A stretch of 63,992 nucleotides of DNA, from the IMG/VR virus record IMGVR_UViG_2061766007_000208; one strand, 5' to 3'. Source of the stretch: an uncultured virus (IMG/VR IMGVR_UViG_2061766007_000208) (taxonomy: Duplodnaviria; Heunggongvirae; Uroviricota; Caudoviricetes). Shown in pieces: positions 54,705 to 63,992 of the stretch. The position numbers and the translations under genes were made by a program. The notes under the pieces were generated by a model. It worked only from the letters and a program-made list of their open reading frames with translations, searched no databases and was not told the origin of the DNA. Position 1 is the stretch's first letter. Each line of letters begins with the position of its first letter.

Positions 54705-55364
54705 TTAGATTTCCTCCAGTTCATTCTTGAGTTTCTTCAGCTCTGCGTTTAGCTGCACCTGCTTGTTCAGCTGTTTTTCTTTTCGTACCTTGGCCTGCAG
54801 CGCAGCTACCTGTTTCTCCAGCTTCTGCCGTTTTTCGCTGCGCTCGACGGATTCCTTCAACGTCTCACTGGCGTCAGCATCCAGCGCGTCACCGGCAATC
54901 TGTCGTACAAAATTCTCGTATACCTGATCGACATTCAGGCCATCTACTTTCAGCGGCAGCTCAGCTTCTTGCAACCAGTCGGTGTGGTAGTAGGTGCCCA
55001 CCTTAAAAGCGTTGCTTCCGGAGGCGGCTGTCTCCTTATATGCCGTCCACGCCTGATACAGGCCGTCGTTCTCCAGAAGGAAAACAATGTGATACGGGAT
55101 CTCCTTGTCGATCTGTCGCAGCACAGAAACGTCCAGCTGTGGTGATACCAATTTCACCTCAAACAATTCGACCTCGGTTACCGTTTCTCCTGCCGCCAAA
55201 TTCATCGTGGTTGCAGCGATTTTGTTCCTCCAGTAGATCATTTTGATCTGATCTATGAACACCCTCTTCAACGCTGGTGTCACCGTCAAATTCTCATAAA
55301 ACTTCTGTTTCGGAATCCGCTTGTTGAATTCCGTACTTTTGGGCAATCCCAACATAGGCGGCAC
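54705..55364 (-). CDS. DUF4391 protein
   Basis: LPKST..NKRIPKQKFY, IPY and EKQLNKQVQLN; typical position before mod. Confidence 0.8.
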   Translation of the reverse strand: MPPMLGLPKSTEFNKRIPKQKFYENLTVTPALKRVFIDQIKMIYWRNKIAATTMNLAAGETVTEVELFEVKLVSPQLDVSVLRQIDKEIPYHIVFLLENDGLYQAWTAYKETAASGSNAFKVGTYYHTDWLQEAELPLKVDGLNVDQVYENFVRQIAGDALDADASETLKESVERSEKRQKLEKQVAALQAKVRKEKQLNKQVQLNAELKKLKNELEEI

Positions 55365-55368
55365 CTCC

Positions 55369-58083
55369 TTACTTCACGACGAGGAAGCAGATCAGCTCAA
55401 AGTCATCCAGCCCACTGATATCTGACATCAGGGCAGAAGTCCCGCCTGCAGAGAACAGACTGTCGATATCACTTTCTTCTTTTACGTCGATAATGGAATT
55501 AATCGCCTCACTCAGAAGCTCCGACATCTCACCCATATTCCTGCCGTCGTCCGTCTCAGCATTAAAGGCGTTACAGAGAACCGGCACCGGGATGCTCCGG
55601 CCACGACAGAGCAAGCGGACCGTATCCAGCAGCTTCTTTGGATTCAGGTAATCGCAGATGATCTCTCCATCGTTACCGATGTAAACCATGTAGAATGGGT
55701 GTATGCGATTCTGATTATCGATGTTCACGCTGTTGTTGATGTTCTTCAGCACAAAGATGACGCCTTGCGGATTCTCTTCGTCTGCAGGAACAACCGCATG
55801 GAGACCCTTCGGCTTTTTATTCAGGTCATCGTGATGCTTGACGTATTCCAGCAGGTCCAGCCGGAATTCATTCAGGCCGAGATCCATGATGGAGATTCCG
55901 GAAGACATGTCCTCGATATCCACGACTTCTTCCTGCAGTCGCTTCAGCTGCTGCTTCCGATATTCCAGATCGCCTTTCTCCTCCGGATTGATCAGATCGT
56001 CATCTCCGGTAGAAGTCATGACGGATATCTTCATTCTGGTTTCAACACGGGACTTCAGATTGATATAGTCATCCAGTGTCATATCCGGCCAGAAGTTCAC
56101 CAGCTGGATAAATTCGTTCTTGCTACCGATACGGTCGATTCTACCGAAACGCTGAATGATACGGACCGGATTCCAGTGAATATCGTAGTTGACAAGGTAG
56201 TCGCAGTCCTGCAGGTTTTGACCTTCGGAGATGCAGTCGGTGGCAATCAGGATATCGATCTCAGCCGGATTATTGGGCATCAGGACGTCCTTGCCCTTTG
56301 AAATTGGTGAAAAGCAGGTCAGCACATTATTCAGGGTGGCTTTTAGACCTTTGATCGTCGTCCGGCCATCAACGCTTCCGGTGATCATGGCCGTGTCCAG
56401 ACCATACTTCTTTTTCATATACACGCTGACGTTATCGTACAGATAATCCGCTGTATCCGAGAAGGCTGAAAAGATCAGGACCTTCTTATTACCTGCATTG
56501 ATGGGATGAGCGATTTTCTCATCAAGCAACTGAAACAACGTCTGCAGCTTGGTGTCGTGTTCCGGTGTAATGTCAGCCACCATCAGAGTNNNNNNNNNNN
56601 NNNNNNNNNNNNNNNNNNNNNNNNNNNNNNNTCAATCTTCACCTTTTTCCCGACCGTAAAGAAGTCTGTGTTGCCGTCTTCCATATCGAAGTCATTTTCA
56701 GAGGCCTCGAACATATCCAGATCCGCGCTGCCGTACTGTTCAAAGCGGTCGATAGCTTCAATGGTATTTTTTATCAGTTCCAGAATACGCTTCAGGGTCA
56801 GATTGAAGGAATACACAGAGCTTTCCAGACGCTTCAGAAGATTGATCGCCATCAAGCGCTGGATGCCTTGCTCACGACCACGCTGGGTCAGATTGTTCCC
56901 TTTATTATGAGTCAGGTCAACATACTTTGAGAGCTTACTTGGAAAGATATAATTCGATGGCGTATAGATGACCAGACTCAGGAGCATCAGCTGCTCGTAA
57001 ATCTGATTGTAATTGATAGCCTCATTTAGATCGGTCAGGCTGGGCCGCTTGGAGATTGGCTTAAGCCGCTCCGGGAACTTTCCGATCTCGGCGGTGTTGT
57101 AATATTTCTCTATGTGTTTTCTGGACCGGGCTATGGTAACGCTATCCAGCACCTCAAAGAAGTCGAAATCAAGTGTCCGCAACAGTGCATCCGTGGTACG
57201 GTCCTCCGGGTCCAGTTTGCTCCATGCATTAAAAGCCTTCTGGGCCTGTCGGAAAATCTCCTCTATCGGCTTCTTGGTATCCAGCTTATCGTTGATGAAT
57301 TCCGAGTTTCCTTCGTAGGCAAGCGCCAGCTGATTCTTCAGGTCCACAAATCTGTTGTTGACCGGTGTTGCGGAGAGCATGAGGACCTTAGTCTTCACGC
57401 CTGCGCGGATCACCTTATCCATCAGCCGTACATAGCGATTCTCCTGCGTGTTGGCATGGGTTCCGGCACCATTACGGAAGTTGTGCGACTCATCAATGAC
57501 CACCAGATCGTAGTTGCCCCAGTTCAGGCGGTCCAGATCGAGGCCGTTGGAGAAGCCGCCGTTGCGGGAANNNNNNNNNNGGTGTTCCAGTTCTCAGCCA
57601 GCTTCTTAGGGCAGAGAACAAGTACGGACTTGTTCCGGTTCTCATAATATTTGATAACAGCCAGCGCAGTGAATGTTTTACCNNNNNNNNNNCATCAATG
57701 GTCATAAAACCACCCATGTTCTCGCCGGTCACGTTGGATTTGAAGACTGCCTTCTGGCTGATCCATTGTGCACATTCCTTGGCAATGGATCTCTGAGTCA
57801 TTTCGTTTCGTAGCTTGATTTCAAACTCCGTCCCATACAAGCTGGTCTCACGGCTTAGACGCGGGATATAAAACTCCCGTTTCTGTTTTTCAGCACGCTC
57901 CCGGATGAATGTTGGCGAAGTGAAAATAAAGCGAAATTGTTCCACCTTTTCCAGCTGGTCCTTCAGTTCCTGATAGGCATACATAGAGAAGCAAGCTGCA
58001 GCGATAGAAACCTTGCTCCCTTTTTTGATGGTTTGCTCCATGTCGTCCCGGACGATCTCCGTGACATTGTCAAATATCTTCAT
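55369..58083 (-). CDS. SNF2-family helicase with PLD-like N-terminal region (fragments; another allele at 58768-59737)
   Basis: ILADSVGLGKT, VIDESHNFRN, LSATPVNN, SEGQNLQD and HWNPVRIIQRFGRIDRIG. Confidence 0.88.
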
Positions 58084-58126
58084 TCTAACCGCTCCCTGCT
58101 TATTGGGCTTTCTTTTTGCCGCTCAA

Positions 58127-59970
58127 TTATTCGTCATCCAGTTCTGTGAGCGTTCCATCCTTAATGTGGTACGCTATACCATTCTTGTCACAAAATTCAA
58201 TTACCTGCAGTGCACACTGATTATAAAAGTCCTTTTGCTGCGGGAAAGCCGTCACTTCTTTACTATAATTTGTGCGTCCAAAGATGATCCGATCAGTGAA
58301 TGATACTGCATCCAAAAGACTACCCAACTTCTGCCGCACAAGATTCGGAGTCGGATAGGGTTCCATGCTCACCCATGTTTTGCATCCTCGATCATGCAAG
58401 GCCTTAAGAGCTGCCAGTCGGTCCTTGTATTGTGCCGAGTGAGGTTCCATTCGTCTTCTAAAAGCCTCTGTCATAGAAACCAACGTAATTCCATATTCGT
58501 TCTCATGCGAAAGATCAGCCAGTTCAATTGGAAGGATTCCCTTTGTTAAGGCTGTACATTTTATCCCATTACTATTGAGTTTTTTAATCGCAGCAAGGCT
58601 CATTGCACTGACCTCATCATATCGGTACATGAATGGATCAGTTGTAAAACATAAATGCACTGACTTTATTTTATCCTTGAGTTTTGGAATCTCCGCATCC
58701 AGAAGCTCAAGGGTGTTTTCAACTAAATATGGCTCCAACCATTCTTCATAAGAGGACNNNNNNNNNNTCAGTCGGTCGCTGGCGATGGGATTATTGACAT
58801 AGTTGTCCTTATAGGTATTCCAGTTCTCCGCCAGTTTCTTCGGACAGAGGACGAGGACAGACTTGTTCCGGTTCTCGTAATATTTTATAACAGCCAGTGC
58901 AGTGAAGGTTTTACCAAGGCCCACGCTGTCGGCAAGAATGCAACCGTTGTACTGTTCCAGCTTATTGATGATGGCCAGAACAGCATCTCGCTGGAAATCG
59001 TAGAGCATGCTCCAGATCTTGCTCTGCTTAAAGCCTGTAGCCTCGTTGGGCAGAACATCCTCGGAAATGTCATCAAGAAACTCGCTAAATACATGAAAGA
59101 GAATGATGTAGTAGATGAACTCCGGTGAGTTTTCATTGTAGGCAGTGGCGATATTTTCAATGATGGTATCCGTCACATCCTGCATCTTTTCCCGGTCATT
59201 CCAGAGGGAATCGAACAGCTGCAAATACTGCGTAGCAAACGGAGCCTCCATTCGGTTGACCATGTTGTAGCTGTTGTTGCCGCGCTCGCAACCGATATCT
59301 ACCGTTGTGAATCCGCCCAGAGGCATATAGGCTACCTGCTCTGACGGATCATCAATGGTCATAAAGCCGCCCATGTTCTCGCCGGTCACGTTGGATTTAA
59401 AGACCGCCTTCTGGCTGATCCATTGTGCACATTCCTTGGCAATGGACCTCTGGGTCATCTCGTTTCGTAGCTTGATTTCAAACTCTGTCCCATACAAGCT
59501 GGTCTCACGGCTCAAGCGCGGGATATAGAATTCCCGTTTCTGCTTCTCAGCACGTTCCCGGATGAAAGTCGGTGACGTGAAAATAAAGCGAAATTGATCC
59601 ACCTTTTCCAGCTGGTCCTTTAGTTCCTGATAAGCATACATAGAGAAACAAGCTGCGGCGATAGAAACCTTGCTCCCTTTTTTAATCGTTTGCTCCATGT
59701 CGTCCCGGACGATCTCCGTGACATTGTCAAATATCTTNNNNNNNNNNNNNNNNNNNNNNNNNNNNNNNNNNNNNNNNNNNNNNNNNNNNNNNNNNNNNNN
59801 NNNNNNNNNNNNNNNNNNNNNNNNNNNNNNNNNNNNNTCAAGAAAGCGTAACAGGGATATTTGCACCCATGTGCGCATCCAAGGACGTGGTTCATGGTGT
59901 AATCTCCATATTCTACGCCCGTTACATACAGCATGGATTTTCTTTGAATGTATCCTTTTACTTTTGCCAT
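58127..59970 (-). CDS. Radical SAM protein: N-terminus 59838-59970, C-terminus 58127-58757 (scrambled by scaffolding)
   Basis: NHVLGCAHGCKYPCYA cluster motif; FTTDPF, LTKG, YGITL and WVSMEP. Confidence 0.75.
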
Positions 59971-59981
59971 AGCGGTCACTC

Positions 59982-60161
59982 CTATATCACGAAATCAATG
60001 GAGCTCCGATGGACCTTATAACCTTGTTCCCTCAGCTGATCCTTGATGTCGTTTTTATATAAATCCGATGGGAAAATTGGATGCTCGTCAACGGCATCCC
60101 ATATCTCTTTAAGTGGAACATCCATCCTTCCAGAGAAAACCCCAACGATAAATTTCACAAT
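59982..60161 (-). CDS. 3' end of an unannotated gene, possibly a three-Cys-motif partner (TcmP-like) protein
   Basis: Open frame IVKFIVGVFSGRMDVPLKEIWDAVDEHPIFPSDLYKNDIKDQLREQGYKVHRSSIDFVI* ending 11 nt before the radical SAM start. Confidence 0.4.
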   Translation of the reverse strand: MVKFIVGVFSGRMDVPLKEIWDAVDEHPIFPSDLYKNDIKDQLREQGYKVHRSSIDFVI

Positions 60162-60171
60162 NNNNNNNNNN

Positions 60172-61903
60172 TAAAAATCTGCTTTATGTATTTTCCCTCA
60201 TATTCATGGCCTTCCAGCCGGACGCTGTTACTGCAAACGCCAAGCATCTCCCGGACAAGAGCGCTCACAATGAAGAGTGCGCTGCTGTCCATACTGGATA
60301 CCGGGTCATCAATGACAACAATTTTGTCTTTTCCGGCATCCTTCTCAGAGGTGCTACCACGGACAATATGGTAGAAATACAAGAAAGCAATGAAGTTCCG
60401 TTCACCCTCACTCAGGTTTTCGGCAACAGCTCCGTCCTCTCGGATAACCTCATACACACCTTTGACGCCTGATTTCTCACGAAGATAAAAGCCCTCAAAG
60501 CCTGAATCTTTCAGATGGGCATTAATACTGTCCACGGTCATCTTGGTGTTGACTACCTTGGAATTCAGATCAGTGAGCTCCGCAGACAGGTCCTTATATT
60601 TCTGCTGAAGCTCCCGGACTCTTTTGTTCAAGGCTTCGACAGCATCTTCAATTTCTTTTTTGCTTTTTCGGTATGCCGCAACCTCATCATTCAGGATGAA
60701 GGCGATTTCCTCCCACACCTTGCGATAGCAATCCAATTGCTTATCGTGTTTGGTGCTCACAATATCATTATTTATTTGAATCTGCTGATTAATCGATTCG
60801 ACCATAGCATCCAGTTCTTCAATCAGCATATCAGTATCTTTCAGTTCTACCTTTTTTGCCGGAGAAGTTATTTTTGACTCGATCAGCTGCAGGTTAGTGG
60901 TAACCCTTGCTTCCAGCTGGTCCAGTTTCTTTTCATAGTCCTTGGTGTCAACCTTCGGGAAGACATCGTTCAGATTTGCCCTATACCAATTGATCAGGCT
61001 CTGCATCTTATCTGTATAGGCCGTCTGGAAGGACCTCAGATCATCAATATCTTGCTGATATTCTTCGTCAAAGCACTCCGCGATATTCTTTTCAAAAGAC
61101 TCTGGCAGCGTTTGCTGACAGAATGGGCATTTACCATCGGCGTGTTTAACATAGGCAAAGTGGCCGGTTTTTACCCAATCTGTAGCCTGCAGAGCCTTCA
61201 TGAATCTGACAAAGTCTGTATCCCGGCTACTCGTGATGGATTTTCCCAGAAGCGGCAGACCGCTTAGATCAAAAAAACCGATCAAGTCCTTAGATGCTTT
61301 GAACAGGCTGTAGCTTCTGGCATTCGGGTCATAGGCAATATCGTACTGTTCTTCGATCTCCTCGATAGTGTGGTGAACAGCTTCATGGCGGCCTGACAGG
61401 ACTTCTTCAGAAAACTGCTGCTTTTTCTTTTTTCCATTCTGCGTTTTTTCAAAGCGTTTTCTAACTGTCTCGGTATAATCCCAGCATGTTGTTTGGAATG
61501 TGGCCAGCAGTGGGTCCAGCTCCGCCTTCTTTTTATCCCTCTCACCTGCAGTATTTTTACCTTCAGTTATGGTGTCGTCTCTCTCTGCAGTTTTCTCATC
61601 AATTTGTCTTCTGATTTCTACGTTCTCTTCGCTCAGCGTAAAAACACCCTGAAGGTCTCCGTACGTTTCAAAATTGCGGTTTATGAAATCCTGATTGTAA
61701 ATAAGAATGGAATAGCCATCCGGATTCACGCCAGCCTGCCAGCGAAGAGCAGCAGGGTCCATAAAGGCCTTGGCAACAGTGGACTTGCCAGCACCATTTT
61801 TACCAAACAGGAAATTGATGTAGGTGGGTTGAAACTTCTCGCTGTGGAAAGTAGCCGCATCGAGAGTGATTTCTTCAATTATGCCATGCATTTTCTCGGT
61901 CAT
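60172..61903 (-). CDS. AAA_13 / RloC-like SMC-type ABC ATPase with zinc hook (3' end in gap)
   Basis: Walker A GKNGAGKS, CPFC hook in a coiled coil, signature LSEGE and Walker B VVIDDPVSS. Confidence 0.85.
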
Positions 61904-61937
61904 GCGTCTGCCTCCTTCCAGCATAGTTTTAACTGTG

Positions 61938-62147
61938 TCATTCGGAGATTCTTCCTTGTCTGACCCATTCATCGACCTCTGATATCTTGAATTTATAACG
62001 CTTCCCGGCGCGATACACCGGAAGCTTTCCGTTTTTTATCCACGTCCGCACAGTATCCGCGCTAACGCTGAGGTGCTCAGCTATGTCCTCAAGGTTAACC
62101 CATTTTTCTGCTGCTTCCTGCATTGCATTTTCTATTTCTTGGTTCAT
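61938..62147 (-). CDS. Excisionase-like HTH_17 DNA-binding protein
   Basis: WVNLEDIAEHLSVSADTVRTWIK.GKLP..RAGKRYKFK.SEVDEW. Confidence 0.85.
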   Translation of the reverse strand: MNQEIENAMQEAAEKWVNLEDIAEHLSVSADTVRTWIKNGKLPVYRAGKRYKFKISEVDEWVRQGRISE

Positions 62148-62173
62148 CTCTTACCTCCAAAGTTCCAACATGG

Positions 62174-62818
62174 TTAACGCTGCATATTGAATACAGGCAC
62201 CGGCAGATTCGCTTCGTAAAGCTCCTGAATCAAATCCACTCGTTTTATCGCCCAATGAGTTCTGTTCAGTTCATTGAAACGATTATTACCAACAAGTCCA
62301 AGTTCTTCCAGCATCTCATTTAACCGTTGTTGCACAATATCACTCTTGTAGCCGCAGAAGTATATTTTCACGTCGTTGTCATATATCTTCACATCAGACA
62401 CAAAACCATAGATTACGCGCTGGTCGTCATCCGCCCTGCCATAAGGCCGATTCTCTGCAAGGAACAAAGACGGCAGTGTTTTGATTTCTTCTATTATTTC
62501 TGGCGTGAGCACCTCGAAGCGTTTCTTAGTTTCATCCGTCATGCATTGGTTAAGCACCCGCTCACGCGGCACCTTAAAATATGGCTTGTCAAACTCCTCA
62601 ATCCCGATGACAAACAGATTATAGTATTCCCGGTTCACTCTCAAAGGCACATAGAAGGTCCCGTTGAGCGGAGGCATCATCGGCTGCGCTTGTACATTGA
62701 TGTTGACAGTCCCATAGTTCGGTATCAGGACATTATCATTACCAGCCTGCACATACCGGTCTTGACCGGGAGCGCTTGGGACCGAGGGCTGCACTGTTTG
62801 AAGTTTGTTATCCTCCAT
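62174..62818 (-). CDS. Hypothetical protein with N-terminal amyloid-like motif and a globular C-terminal domain (YNLFV...LPSLF..E...ELNRTHWAIK)
   Basis: ORF of 214 aa with GGAGGG RBS. Confidence 0.8.
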   Translation of the reverse strand: MEDNKLQTVQPSVPSAPGQDRYVQAGNDNVLIPNYGTVNINVQAQPMMPPLNGTFYVPLRVNREYYNLFVIGIEEFDKPYFKVPRERVLNQCMTDETKKRFEVLTPEIIEEIKTLPSLFLAENRPYGRADDDQRVIYGFVSDVKIYDNDVKIYFCGYKSDIVQQRLNEMLEELGLVGNNRFNELNRTHWAIKRVDLIQELYEANLPVPVFNMQR

Positions 62819-62829
62819 TCAAAGCCCTC

Positions 62830-63711
62830 CTATCGCTTGTTAATGTTTATGGTCCCGTAGTTCGGAATCACCATATTGCCATCTCCAGTTTGCTGAATGA
62901 AGATGGGATTGTTATTAACCACGGATGTTGTGCTCTGCTGTGCGGGACCTTCAGACTGGTATGCTTGGCCTTGATCCTCCGGGACAACTTCTATGATTAC
63001 ATCATCATCTGTATCATCCTGCTCTGCTGATTCAGGCACGTTAACGTGGAGACCATCAAGAATTCCTTCGCCCATGTGTGCCGTATAATCACGCGGTCCT
63101 CCTCCGGTGGAAGGGCACCACTCGTCATAGGTAATCTGGCCCACCTTGTTATTTTTCCTATTTACAACTGCATAGTGCCAAACGCCGAGCAGAAATGCCG
63201 GTAGGTACACTTCTTTCAGACCGCCAAGTGCGGTCTTTTTTATTTTCTGGCCCTCGGCACCGATATAGAAGTCCTCGGACGCACCAATAGTCTCGTCTTG
63301 CTGTATCAAATCGATGAGTGCCTTGACCAGCAAGGTTGCTTTTCCCACAGCTTCACCTAAATCAAGGTAGTTACAGACGAACGCTGTCATCTCTTTTAAC
63401 GCGGACTTGTAGTCCCTCTTGACTCTATCATCAAAAGCGCGAATCTCCTGTGTTTCACCAAATGGGAGATAAGTACCCGTGGAGGTCTTGCAAGTCTTAT
63501 AGTCATTTGCTTTCGTTTTCAGAAGATTACGGTCTATTTCCTGATAGTCCGGATTGATCACCTTGATCAGCCCCATCAGCACTTCCGGATCAGTGAGCCC
63601 GTCGCGATCACCTTTATAGTGTTCTCTTGCTTTCATGCGCTGCCGAAGGTCCTGAAGCACCAGCGTGAAAAAGGTCCCTCCGCACAGACGCGGATAGTCA
63701 TGTATTGTCAC
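62830..63711 (-). CDS. Hypothetical protein (about 293 aa) with acidic linker and C-terminal amyloid-like motif
   Basis: GTG start at 63711 after GGAGG; begins MTIHDYPRLCGGTFFTL. Confidence 0.8.
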   Translation of the reverse strand: MTIHDYPRLCGGTFFTLVLQDLRQRMKAREHYKGDRDGLTDPEVLMGLIKVINPDYQEIDRNLLKTKANDYKTCKTSTGTYLPFGETQEIRAFDDRVKRDYKSALKEMTAFVCNYLDLGEAVGKATLLVKALIDLIQQDETIGASEDFYIGAEGQKIKKTALGGLKEVYLPAFLLGVWHYAVVNRKNNKVGQITYDEWCPSTGGGPRDYTAHMGEGILDGLHVNVPESAEQDDTDDDVIIEVVPEDQGQAYQSEGPAQQSTTSVVNNNPIFIQQTGDGNMVIPNYGTININKR

Positions 63712-63798
63712 AGATTGTCCTCCGATTGGCTTGCGTTTGCATTCAAACAGGCACGGTTGTAAGAAGCCGTCAACTCCTAACAAACCCCACTAAACCAT

Positions 63799-63827
63799 AT
63801 TATACCGCACGAACCCCTTTTTTTCAA
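63799..63827 (-). promoter_or_regulatory. sigmaA promoter TTGAAA-17-TATAAT for the leftward defence operon
   Basis: -35 at 63822-63827 and -10 at 63799-63804. Confidence 0.7.
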
Positions 63828-63992
63828 TCTGTAGAGGTGAACTTGTAGTAGCCGTCTACAACTTTTTTCCCGCTCCGACCTTAAAAACCTTATGAACTAT
63901 GGCAGCCGACTTATCGAACGATTGGATAGCTCTTGCGAGAAATCGCAGGAGCTTTTTCCTTCCTGTGATTTCCGCGGAACTTTTGCAAATCA

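Noticed and set aside
58127..59878. 583-aa helicase-radical SAM fusion ORF in the track
   Set aside because: The frame is joined only through an N-run at 58758-58767; the parts belong to two separate genes.
62699..62895. Shared motif as an assembly duplicate or recent DNA repeat
   Set aside because: The region is gap-free and the two copies differ at many synonymous positions, so it was kept as a protein-level finding.

Overview
This is a heavily gapped scaffold that looks like a co-assembly of several closely related haplotypes. Many short near-duplicate contigs are joined by N-runs and some are inverted. Gene content and sigmaA-type promoters suggest a Firmicutes (probably Clostridia) host. 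About 1-40.5 kb is an HK97-type siphovirus/prophage, mostly on the minus strand. In transcription order it carries a LexA-like/Y-family polymerase/YolD cassette, two Zn-ribbon genes, a structured non-coding leader, an HTH regulator, an HNH-split SNF2 helicase, a family-A DNA polymerase, a P4-type primase and VRR-NUC. These are followed by a RinA/ArpU-like late activator, HNH, TerS, two ParB-MTases flanking a SAM synthetase, TerL, portal, ClpP, capsid, head-tail and tail genes. A plus-strand block at 1-5.6 kb holds tail fibre, holin and CHAP endolysin. About 40.6-63.7 kb is a minus-strand defence island: SLATT + SMODS nucleotidyltransferase (CBASS-like), Mrr, a type I RM whose hsdM is cut off at motif I, a HEPN-like gene, type III RM with DUF4391 and an SNF2 helicase, a radical SAM gene and an RloC-like ABC ATPase. 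The most striking observation is at the head of this island. Two adjacent unrelated hypothetical proteins share a 19-aa N/Q/G-rich motif, C-terminal in the first and N-terminal in the second, which is the layout of amyloid (RHIM/BASS-like) signalling pairs. No integrase, tRNA, rRNA or CRISPR array was seen. Family assignments come from motif recognition, not database searches, and order across N-gaps is not reliable.
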